Positions 1 to 11,039 of a stretch of DNA of 64,000 bases are shown here, piece by piece (within the stretch, counting starts at the first letter, position 1; each line of letters begins with the position of its first letter). Under the pieces are notes generated by a model. The model made no database searches, was not told the origin of the DNA, and was given only the letters and a program-made list of their open reading frames with translations. The position numbers and the translations under genes were made by a program. Source of the stretch: Mobula hypostoma (Eukaryota); the NCBI RefSeq assembly GCF_963921235.1, contig NC_086097.1, positions 94,614,001 to 94,678,000 of the forward strand, in the 5' to 3' direction.

Positions 1-831
1 ATACCAGGCTGTGATGCAGCCGGTCAGTATACTCTCCACTACAGATCTATAGATGTGGGAGGAAACTGGAGTTCTCAGAGGAACATAAAAACATAAGATA
101 TAGGAGCAGGAGTAGAACATCTGGCCTGTCGAGCCTGCTCTGCCATTCAATAAGGTCATGGATGATCTGACCATGGACCCATCTCCACCTACCTGCCTTT
201 ACCCCATAATACTTAATTCCCCTATTGTGAAAAAATCCAACCTTGTCATAAATATATTTACTGAGGTAGCCTTACTGTTTCATTGGGCAGAGAATTCCAC
301 AGTTACACCACTTCCTGGGAAAAGCATTTCCTCCTTATCTCCGTCCTAAATCCACTCCCCCAAATCTTGAGCTATGTCCCCTAGTTCTAGTCTCACCTAC
401 CAGTGGAAACAACTTTCCTGCCTCCATCTTATCTATCCCTTTCATAATCTTAGATGTTTCTATCACATCTCCTCTCATTCTTCTGAATTCCAGTGAGTAC
501 AGTCCCAGGCGACTCAATCACTCGTCATAGTCTAACCCCTCATCTCTGGAGTCAACCTGATGAACCTCCTCTACACCGCCTCCAAAGTCAGTATATCTTT
601 CCTCAAGTAAGAACTGCACACAATCCTCCAGGTGTGGCCTCAACAGTACCCTACACAATTGTAGCATAACCTTTCTGCTCTTAAATTCAATCCCTCTAGC
701 AATGAAGGCCAACATCCCATTTGCCTTCTTGATAGACTGCTGCACCTGCAAACCAACCTTTTGTGATTCATGCACAAGCGCTCCCAAGACCCTCTACACA
801 GCAGCATGCTGCAATCTTTTACCGTTTAAAT

Positions 832-2120
832 CAGTGGTCCGCAGCCACCGGGCCGCAAAGCATGAGCTACCGGGCCGCGAGGAAACGATATGATTTAGGG
901 ATATTGGTCAGCCACACCTTTCCTCATTCCCTGTCACGGCCACTGTTGAGCTTGAACGCACGCGAGCTCATTACCCATGCGTCACCCATGTCAGCGCGGG
1001 AAGAATATCAACTCCTCGAGCTTGCAAATGACGGCGGGCTGAAAAGTATGTTTGACATAACATCTCTGCCAGCTTTCTGGCTCAAAGTCAAGGCTGAATA
1101 TCCTGAGATTGCCACGAAAGCACTGAAAACGTTGCTTCCATTTCCAACATTTTTCTGCGAAAGCGAGGTTTTCTGCAATGAAAACTAAATTGCGGAATAG
1201 ACTGGACATAAGCAACCCCTTCTCCCATCACCCCTCGATAGGACCGTCTTGTTGCAGGGAAACAAGCCCAGGGCTCCCACTGATTCAGCGATATTGGTGT
1301 GTTGCAATGATTTTATATGTTCATACGGGGAAAATATGCGTTTAATATCCAAATGTTACTTAAAATGTTATGATGCTATTGACTTATAAGTGACTTATCA
1401 CAATATTCATGCGAGGAAAATATGCGCTGTGTTTTTAATCTTAAATTCGTTAGATAAACCCTTTTAGAAACGAAATTGAGTGTATTAGCCACTTATTAGT
1501 GACTTATAGTTGACTTATCACCTATATTCTGGTCGTGATTAACATCTGCGCCCCCGCCGCCAGGGTTGCCAACTGTTCCGTATTAGCCGGGACATCCCAT
1601 ACATTGGGCTAAATTGGTTTGTCCCACACGGGACCGCCCTTGTCCCGCATTTCCCCCGCTAAGGTAGAGCGTTCCTATGAAACCTTTTGTGCCGAAATGG
1701 AGTAAAGTGAAGAAGCAATTACCATTAATTTATATCGGAAAAATTTTTGAACGTTCCCAGACCCAAAAAAAACCTACCAAATGATACCAAATAACATAAA
1801 ACCTAAAATAACACTAACATATAGTGAAGCAGGAATGATATGATAATACACAGTCGATATAAAGTACAAATAATGTATGTACAGTGTAGTTTCACTGAAC
1901 AGAATCGCCAAAAACGATGTAGAAAAAAAATCAGCACGTACACGTCACGCATGCGCACACAGGTGCCTGCGCAAGGCTTCATGGTCATGGTAGTCTTTCT
2001 CGGGGTAAACACAACTGCTACTCTTGTCCGTTGGCAACCCTCCCCTCCCCCCAAGTCGGCCGGTCCGCAAGAATATTGTCAATAAACCGGTCCGCGGTGC
2101 AAAAAGGTTGGGGACCCCTG
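832..2120 (+). mobile_element. Non-autonomous hAT (Charlie/Buster-type) element, copy 1, inserted in CR1
   Basis: 8-bp TSD GTTTAAAT (824-831, 2121-2128); ends CAGTGGTCC...GGTTGGGGACCCCTG; carries a transposase C-terminal remnant FWLKVKAEYPEIATKALKTLLPFPT (about 988-1188). Confidence 0.92.
1561..2041. mobile_element. Nested TIR element (hAT/Tip100-like MITE) inside hAT copy 1
   Basis: Perfect 12-bp inverted repeats AGGGTTGCCAAC (1562-1573) and GTTGGCAACCCT (2030-2041); flanks are C-rich and no clean TSD is visible. Confidence 0.7.
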
Positions 2121-2564
2121 GTTTAAATTATAATCTGCTCATTCATTTTTCCTTCCAAAGTGGATGACCTCGCATTTACCAACATTGTACTCTATCTGCC
2201 AGACCCTTGTCCACTCACAAACTATCTATATCTCTCTGCAGTCTATCCGTTTTTTTTCTGCACAATTTGCTTTTCCATTCAATTTAGTATCATCAGCAAA
2301 CTTAGATGCACTACACTTGGTCCCCTCTTCCAGATCATTAATGTATATCGTGAACAGTTGCAGGCCCCGCACCGATCCCTGTGGCACACCACTCACCACT
2401 GATTGCCAACCAGAGAAACACATATATATCCCAACTCTCTGCTTTCTGTTAGTTAACCAATCCTCTATCCATGCTAATACATCACCCCAACTGTATGCAT
2501 CCTTATCTTATGGATAAGTCTTTTATGTGGCACCTTATCAAATACCTTCTGGATATCGAAGTAA

Positions 2565-2936
2565 GTTCAAGGTTTAAAGTTTCAAAGGCCCAATTCAATG
2601 TCAGAGAAATGTACACAATATACATCCTGAAATGCTTTTTCTTCACAACCATCCACGAAAACAGAGAAGTGCCCCAAAGAATGAATGACAGATGAACGTA
2701 AGAAACCCAAAGTCCCCGCCCCCAGCTCCCCTCCCTCCCGTGCGTAAGTGGCAGCGAGCAACAATTCCCCTCCCCCCACCAGCTAAACAAAACAAGCATC
2801 AGCACCTCCACCAAGCACTCAGCAATAGCAAAGACACAGACTTGTAGTTACACCAAAGACTTCGTGTTTCATCTGGCATACGACATACCACAGATTCTCT
2901 CTCTCCCTAATAAGGGAGAAAAAGGTGTCTCTCTTT
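2565..2936 (-). mobile_element. Short 5'-truncated non-LTR 3' fragment (Rex1-type tail) inserted in CR1
   Basis: CR1 sequence resumes on both sides; direct repeat AAGTAA at 2559-2564 and 2937-2942; the end resembles other tails in the window (about 22090, 26055). Confidence 0.6.
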
Positions 2937-5900
2937 AAGTAACATCCATCTGCTCCCCTCTCTCCACTGTGCTCATTATCTCCTCAAAGTTTGTCAAACA
3001 GGACCTGCCTTGCTGAATCCATGTTGTGCCTGCCTGATGGATCCATTTCTTTCCAGATGCCTTGCTATTTCTTCTTTAATGATAGATTCAAGCATTTTCC
3101 CAACTACAGATGTTAAAATAACTGGCCTAAAGTTACCTGCCTTTGTCTACATCCTTTTTTGAACAGTGGCGTGATATTCACCGTCTTCCAATCCGCCAGG
3201 ACCTGCCCAAAGTCCAGAGAATTTGGTAAGTCATCACCAAAGCCTCTACTATAACTTCTGCCATTTCTTTCAGTACCCTGGGATGTATTCCGTCAGGACC
3301 AGGGGACTTATCTATCTTCAGGCCCACAAGTTTGCTCAGCACTATCTCTTTAGTGATAGCTATTGTATCGAGGTCCTCACCTCACGTCGCATCCATAACA
3401 TCGCTCTTTGGTATTCTAGATATGTCCTCCACAGTGAACACCAACACAAAATAGTCATTCAAAGACTCTGCCATTTCCTCATTACCCAATATCAATTCCT
3501 CTTTTTTGTCCAGTAAGGGACCTGCATTCACTTTAGCCACCCTTTTCTGCTTTATATAATTATAAAAACTTTTACTATTGCTTTTATATTTTGTGCCAGT
3601 TTATTTTCATAATCTAGCTTCCCTTTCTTTATTGCTCACTTAGTGGTACTTTATTGCTTTTTAAAGTTTTCCCAATCTTCCAATTTCCCACTACTCTTGG
3701 TGACTTTGTATGCACAAGCTTTTTGATGCTTTCTTCTATTTTCTTCATTGTCCAGGTCTGGCTCTCCCTACCCTTACTGTCCTTGCTTTTAACTGGAATT
3801 TACTTTTGCTGAGCACTGTGAAAAATCCCTTTGAAAGTCTTCCACTATTCCTCAACCATCCCACCATATAGCCTGTGTTCCCAGTCTACACTTCTCAAAT
3901 CCTCCCTCATCCCATTGTAGTCTCCATTGTTTAGGCATAATACACTGGTTTTGATTGAATTACTGCACCCTCCATTTGTGTGAGAAATTCAATCATACTG
4001 TGATCACTCTTTCCAAGAGGATCCCTAACTACAAGATCTCCAATTTTACCTGTCTCATCGCACAGCGCCAGATCTAAGATAGCACGATCCCTTGGAGGTT
4101 CACTAACACGCTGCTCAAGAAAGCCATCATGGATGCATTCTATGAAGTCCTCCTCAAGACTGCCTTGACCAACTTGATTCACCCAATCTATGTGCAAGTT
4201 AAAGACACCATGAAAGCTGCTGTTCCATCCTTAGATGCCTCAGATATTTCTCGGTTTATTGCCTGTGCCATTGTAATATTATTATTTGGTGGCTTATAGA
4301 CAACTCCCAACAGTGATTTTTTCCCTTTACTATTCCTAATCTGTACCCAGATGGATTCAACATTCTGCTCCTTAGATCTTATATTGTCTTTCACCATCGC
4401 CCTGATCTCATCTTTAATCAAGAGCACTACCCCACCTCCCTTACCTTCCTGCCTGTCCTTCCATATTACCTGATATCCTTGAATATTTAATTCCCAATCC
4501 TCTCCACCCTGCAACCACGTCTCTGTAATGGCCACTAAGTCATACCCCTTTATACTGATTTGTGCCACAAGCTCACTGACCTTATTTCAAATCTACGGAC
4601 ATTCAGATAAAGCACCCTTTACTTATTGTGCTTTTAAAATATCATAATCTTTTACTTGACTTTTCTTCACTCCACTCTTACTTCTGCCTTTTCTATATTG
4701 TGTTCTTTCTTTATCTTTATCCACACTTTACTTTTTTACTTTATCCACATGTCTCCAATCTGTTGAACCCACCCCGCTACTATTTAGTTTAAAGCTCTAT
4801 CCACAGTCCTATTAATGCGATTCACTCGGATCCAGGTCCCATCACAGTTCAGGTGAAGTCCGTCCCAATGGTACAGCTCCCTCCCTCCCCAATAATGGTG
4901 CCATTTCCCATGAATTCAAACCCATTTCTCCCACACCAATCCTTGAACCTCACATTTAACCCTCTAATCTCCTTGACCCTATGCCAATTTGCACCTGGCT
5001 CAGGTAGTGATCTGGAGATTACCACCTTTTTGGTTCTACTCTTTAATTTAGTCCTTAGATGCTCAACTTTCCTCAGCAGAACCTCTTTCCTTGTTCTATC
5101 TTTGTATTTGGTAGCCACATTGACTATGACAACTAGATCTTTCCCCTCCCACTGCAAATTGCTCTGCAGGTCAGATAAGGATCCGGGCACCAGGCAGACA
5201 ACACACCTTCAGGATAGAGAATTCTGTCTATTCCCCTGACTATACTATCCCCAATTACCACTACATTTATCTTCCCTCCCCCTCTTGAATGGCTCCTGAA
5301 CCATGGTGCCACAGTTAGGTTGCTCATCCTTCCTACAGCCCCCACTGTCATCCACACAGGGAGCAAAAATCTCAGACCTGTTGGACAAGCTCAAGGGCTG
5401 AGGCTCCTCCAGCACTGTCTCTTGGACCCCACTACCCGCCTCTCTCGCAGTCACACCCTCTTGTCCCTGACCACAGACTGAATTTGAGGCTGCTAATCTA
5501 ATGGGTGTGACTACCCCCCTGAAACACAGGTAACTCTCCCCCTCCCTGATGTGCCACAGTGTTTGAAGCTCAGATTCCAGGTCATCAACTTTGAGCCTGA
5601 GTTCCTCGAGCAACCAACACTTGCTGCAGATGAGGTCACCAGGAACCACAATGGGTCCACCAGCTCCCACATCATGCAGCTACAGCACATCATCTAATCC
5701 TGCATCATCCCTTTATTTAATTAGCTGTCATTTAGTGACTTTTTATTCAATCACTACAAAAGCCTTACTTGCTACTTACCTGTCTTACCCTACTTGCCTC
5801 CTCGTCAAAGCCCCAAGTTCCCACTCCTACACTGGTCCACTCACTCAATGGCCACTCTGGTTTAACCCTGCTTTACTTCTATTTGCTCCTGCTAATGAAT

Positions 5901-5987
5901 CGCAAATCGATTGGTCCATTGCTAATGCGCCGAGACCCGCAAAACGCTCCAGATAGCCAATTCCTGCTCCTATTTCTTATGTTCTTA

Positions 5988-6355
5988 ACCCTAGCTCCTT
6001 GCTACCTATCCCTCACCCTATCTCCTTCTTTCCAATCCCTCACCCTATCTCCTTCTTTCCAATCCCTCACCCTATATCCTTCCTTCCAATCCCTCACCCT
6101 ATCTCCTTCCTTCCAATCCCTCACCCTATCTCCTTCCTTCCTATCCCTCACCCTATCTCCTTCCTTCCTATCCCTCACCCTATATCCTTCCTTCCAATCC
6201 CTCACCCTATCTCCTTCCTTCCAATCCCTCACCCTATCTCCTTCCTTCCTATCCCTCACCTTATCTCCTTCCTTCCTATCCTTCACCCTAGCTCCTTGCT
6301 ACCTATCCCTCACCCTATCTCCTTCCTACCTATCACTCACCCTATCTCCTTTCTC
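5988..6355. repeat. 27-bp pyrimidine-rich minisatellite, about 13 copies
   Basis: Unit CCTATCTCCTTCCTTCC(A/T)ATCCCTCAC; produces the 9-aa periodic ORFs (PIPHPISFL). Confidence 0.95.
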
Positions 6356-6779
6356 CCCAACTACCTATCGACTCCCTCACCAGCCAGCTCTTGTTCCACC
6401 CCTTTGCTGCACCTTTTTATATCAGTTATCTGTCCCTCTCTTTTCAGTCCTCATTGGCCCTTTTCTCTCTGTTGATGCTTCCTGACCCATTGAGTTCCTC
6501 CAGCTTGTTGTTTCCTTGCCCCTTTCCTTCAAATCCATGCTCTCCAGTGGGCGTGAGCTCTCACGTGACCTGGCTGAACATTCAACCTAATGTAGGAGTG
6601 GAGAGCTGCTTTCAGGAAACATAACCGGGAAGCTGTCAGCGACACATACACGAGGTGGAGGAACTCAGCAAGTCAGGCAGCATCTGCGGAGGGAAATGGA
6701 CAGTCTATGTTTTGGGCTGAGATTCTTCATCTGTACCATCTTACACCTTTCAGCACCCGCAGTCTCTTCTCCCTTGGAT

Positions 6780-7285
6780 GAAAGGGGTCTTGACAGGGTC
6801 CAGGTTTCCTCCTGTGGGAGCATCTAGATTTAGGGGTTTCCGTTTAAAGATAAAGGGTCATCTATTGAAGGCAGTGTTGAGGCAAAGACTTTTCTCCACA
6901 GAAGCTGTGAGCCTTTGGAACCATCTTCCTCAAGATGTCTTTGCTGTTGCTTGTGTGAAGGGTTGGGGTGGGGGTGGGGGGAGGTGTCACTACTCCATCA
7001 TTCTATGGGGTTTGCTGTTTCGTGGATGTCTGTGAAGAGTACAAATTTCAGGTTGTATACTGTATACATTCTCTGATATTAAAGGAACCTGAATCTAAAA
7101 TCAAAGGGAGGTGGGAGGAAAGTCTCTGAATATTTTTAGGGTAAAGGCTGGTGAATTATTGATAAGCAAGGAGGTGAAAATGCAACGAAACAAGAATGCA
7201 GAAGCGAGGTTGCAGCAAGATTACCGTGGCAGAGCAGACTTGGGGAGCTCAGTAGCCCATTTCTGTTCCCCAGTGCATAGTTCCC
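6780..7285 (+). mobile_element. Old CR1 3' fragment split by a short non-LTR tail (about 6935-7105)
   Basis: FPPVGASRFRG...VSLWNHLP resembles the CR1 ORF2 C-terminus; the 3' UTR resumes at about 7110. Confidence 0.65.
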
Positions 7286-8419
7286 TATGTTAGTACCTAG
7301 TGCTGTGTCCCAGAAATGAAATAGAGCCATGGTCCTCACCTGTTCCAATAGGATTTTCAGTCTGTTATAAAGGAGACACTTTGTAGTCCTATCACAAACA
7401 TGGATGGCCTCAAGTTGTTTTAGGACGAGTAAAGCACAATGGAAGTGTGGGAAAGGTAGCAAAAATTTATAGACACAGCTGTCCCACAAAAAACAATGGT
7501 TCAGAGACCAGCCTGGCCATTTACCTTTACAGATGCTGCCTGATGTTTGCTGCTCCAAATTCCATTGTCTGCTGTCTCCTGCGAGTCCAGTCAACTTCAC
7601 TCCTGTTGTTCTATATTCACACATATTGGCCAGGAAACTAGGTACGACATCATCCTCCCCAGTAAAAAACACAAAATAAAACTGCAGATGCTAAAATTTT
7701 GAAATAAAAGCAGAAAATACTGGAAATTTATTTACTGAAATAACTGGAAATCGCAGTTATTTTGTAAATAACACTATTCTTTGCATTTCTGGTTAGATGC
7801 TAACTGCATTTCATTGGCTTTGTATCTGTATTCGGCACAATGACAATAAAGTTGAACCTAATCTAATCTATAAATGCTCAGTAGGTCAGGCAGCAGCTGC
7901 TAATGCTTCGGGTCCATAAAAACTTGACATCATATTTTGTAAGATGTAACTTTTATTTCCGGCTGAAAAGAGAGAAAGAGCCTCAGCTAACAAAATCCCA
8001 CAGGTGAAGCAAACTTGGATTGCTTACCTTTTACAGATGTATCCCTGACATCACTAGCTGTGTTGATCATTCCCAGCACACCTGTATAGGTTTGTGGCAA
8101 TGCCTGCCTCACCTTAAGATAACACCACCACAGTGTAGCATTGGGATGTCAGCCTGGGATACATTGGCATAAACTTGTAACCCTTTTGATTGCAAAGAAG
8201 AGTTTGAGTCATAGCCATCTTGCAATCGCAGTTTCCTTGGCCTTTCTATCACTGCATCAAAGTTAAGCTCCAATAGTCTGGCACGTTGATGACTTTGGCT
8301 ACGCAGGACTAGCAGGTTTTCTGGATTATTGATGTTAAATCCCCAACATACCTTTTTTTAAGATAAATACTTCACAACCAGGTAAGTTTAAATGGACGCT
8401 GGGAACTGTGCTCTATTGT

Positions 8420-8628
8420 GTGGGAAGGGAGTGCAGGAACTGGGGATGGAAAGGAAGTGTGGAAACTGGGGCCCAGCAAGTGGGAAGAGAGTGCAGGAAC
8501 TGGGGATGGAGAGAGAGTGTGGAAACTGGGGCCCAGCAAGTGGGAAGGGAGTGCAGGAACTGGGGGTTGGAAAGGGAGTGTGGAAACCGGGGCCCAGTAA
8601 GTGGGAAGAGAGTGCAGGAACTGGGACA
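8420..8628. repeat. About 60-bp G-rich minisatellite, about 3.5 copies
   Basis: Unit GTGGGAAG(G/A)GAGTGCAGGAACTGGGGATGGA...GTGTGGAAACTGGGGCCCAGCAA. Confidence 0.92.
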
Positions 8629-9726
8629 TGAGTAAGTTGGGAGTAGAGTGTTAAAACCGAGGCCTCACTGTCTGTGAGGAGGAAAAGTGGCAAAGATTAC
8701 ATAATGAGCCAGATTCTATCTTCAGGTTTTCCAGAACATCAGACAGCAGATTGTTAGAGTTTAACTGGATCTTTAATCAGAAGCACAGTGGAGTTCCCTT
8801 GAAGGAGTGCAACAGAAAGACTGAGGAAAACTTAGGCTTTTTATTTCCCAAACGTGCTGGGCTTGTTCTGAATTGTGCAATACATCAGCGATGTGGAAAT
8901 ATTCTCAAGGACCCGTGTGACCAACTCGTAAAACATCCTCGGAACAGTGTATCTATCCCTGTGTGAGAGCTGTCCTAATCTCATCCGTGCCAAAGCCACA
9001 AATTTAGAGAGGTTCCTTGAACCGGGACCATTGGTACTTGGGGACAGAGCTGAGAACTGGGATAATTATTTCAAACTTTCTTGTTGCATCACCACAACAA
9101 CTTCACTTCCCTGGGGCTTTTAAGTATATGGAAAAATAATTGTAACCTACCCTTTGTAATTATAATTGCTGTACATGTGACTGAGTGAATTAGCAAAATA
9201 AGAGCTTAATGCTGCATTTTATGCTGAGGTGCAGGGCTCTTTTGGATAAGGTTTACTTGCTCTGTATTTGCAGACAGTTCTTCTGCGTTCTGAGGAAGTT
9301 CACCCACACATCCTCTCTGGGATATTTCAGCTCGGTGGATGTGAATGTCAGTCCTTTCCACGCAGAGACCAGGTTTCTGCCTGAATCGCACAAGTGGAGG
9401 AATATAACCTGATGTTCCGGGATGAAGTGCCCTCTTTACCCGTGTGTGGAGCAATATCCTCTGGGGAGTAAGCAGGCAAAATCAGTGGGTCGCCCTCTTG
9501 TTTTAGAGCACTTTCCAGGTTGTCTGCGTCAGTGTTAAGGTCTTCTTGGTCACTAGTCACCTGCCTGCTGCCTCCATTGTGGCATGTAGCCCTGTGCAGG
9601 ATGTCTGGGTGACTCTGGAGCAAAACAGAGCAAATGTTCTACTTCCCTCCCGTTCTGGTGGGTTATAGAGCCGCAGACTATGAAAACAGGCCCTTTGGCC
9701 CATTGAATCCATGCCAGCCATCTACA

Positions 9727-10102
9727 TTGTTGTCGTGGCTATCCCTCGAGGTCGAAGATGATGGTCTTCGTTCCGTACAGAGTGAAGATGCCTGTGTGTG
9801 TATTTGTTTAACGTGTACTTGATGTTACACTCCAAGAAGTACACGATACTTCACAAATCAACCAACTGATTCCAATGGCATGGAAACCACGACGACTGGA
9901 GCTGATGGATTTGTTGCAGCCTTCATCCGCCTTCACAGCCGTTGAGTTTGAAGTAACTTCGTCTGCCTGTTCCACCGTTGAGGTCTTGGTTGGATTGTTC
10001 TTTGTCAGGGATCTCACCCTCGACCTTACCGCCATGGGTGACCCTACCAGGAGCATAGCTCCAGACGGCATCGCTCTCGGGATCACAGGACCACACAAGC
10101 TC
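9727..10102 (-). mobile_element. Internally deleted (bipartite) non-autonomous RTE-clade retroelement inserted in a V-SINE relic
   Basis: Minus strand starts with RTE/Expander-like 5' UTR sequence (GGAGCTATGCTCCTGGTAGGGTCACCCATGGC) and ends ...GAGGGATAGCCACGACAACAA; no coding body; possible degenerate TSD CCATCTACA/CAATCCACA. Confidence 0.65.
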
Positions 10103-11039
10103 AATCCACAGAGAAGCCATTCCTACACCAGTTGCTTTTTATTCCCCCCACCTTCCCACCAATTCCCCCCTGAATTTCACCATTCACCTACACACAAGAG
10201 GCAATTTACAACTGCCAATTAGCCCACCAACCTGCACGCCTTTGGATTCTGCAGGGGAAACTGAAACACAGAGATTAAACCCGGTGTGCTATCACAGGGA
10301 GAATGTGCCAAGTCCACACGCGTGCGTGGGTGGTAGAAGATTCCATTGTGGCCTTCAAGAAGGAATTGGGGCAATATACAGTGATGAGCAAGAATCAAGG
10401 CTTTGGGAAAAAGACGGGGTACGTGGATCAAAAAGTTACTCTGGTAGCCTTAATTATCCAATCCATCATAACTGGTTTGATTTTTATTAATTAGGCAGTT
10501 CTCAACACACTTTTAATTTAGGCTTCCTGCATTAGCTGCCATACTTCCAAGTCGTTCTACTCCGCTGGCCAGATCGCAGAGCAAGGAATACTCTTCTCTT
10601 CCATGGCTCCTAACTCCTAAACACCAGAGTGCTGTTGGAGCTGTGTATTCAGGGTGGGGATTCTCACTTCAACTGGACAGAGTCTCTGTTTATTCTCATT
10701 TTTATCTCTAAAATAAACTTTACTCATAATAAAAATAACAAAATAAGCGCAGTGCAACATTTTTAGATTCTTAGTAACATTTGATAGCAGACACCAACAG
10801 AATCAACAAACTCATTTGTAAGGCCAGTGATGTTGTAGGGATGGAACTGGACTCTCTGATGGTGGTGTCTGAAAAGAGGATGCTGTCTAAGTTGCATGCC
10901 ATCTTGGTCAATGTCTCCCATCCACTACATAATGTACTGGTTGGGCACAGGAGTACATTCAGCCAGAGACTCATTCCACCGAGATGCAACACAGAGCGTC
11001 ATAGGAAGTCATTCCTGCCTGTGGCCATCAAACTTTACA

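Larger units (their letters stand above)
82..5950 (-). mobile_element. Near full-length decayed CR1 LINE (ORF1 zinc finger/leucine zipper + esterase; ORF2 APE endonuclease + RT), interrupted at 832-2120 and 2565-2936
   Basis: Minus-strand fragments in the expected order: CCSCMMWEL...ICSKCWLLEELRLKV (ORF1, 5511-5693), VVVIGDSIVRG (esterase), DLVAITETWL and AILDL...LGKSDH (APE), GVPQGSV and KFADDTK (RT), LYSLEFRRMRGD (C-terminus), short microsatellite 3' tail near 82-100. Many frameshifts and stops. Confidence 0.93.

Noticed and set aside
5769..6485. 238-aa, 158-aa and 94-aa repetitive ORFs
   Set aside because: Translations of the 27-bp minisatellite in several frames, with no gene context.
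7136..9623. ORFs 7136-7672, 8751-8966, 9206-9454, 9348-9623 and a 54-bp minus-strand exon-like segment near 8027-8080
   Set aside because: The first overlaps CR1 and pseudo-LTR relics; the rest have no recognisable domain or consistent splice phase.
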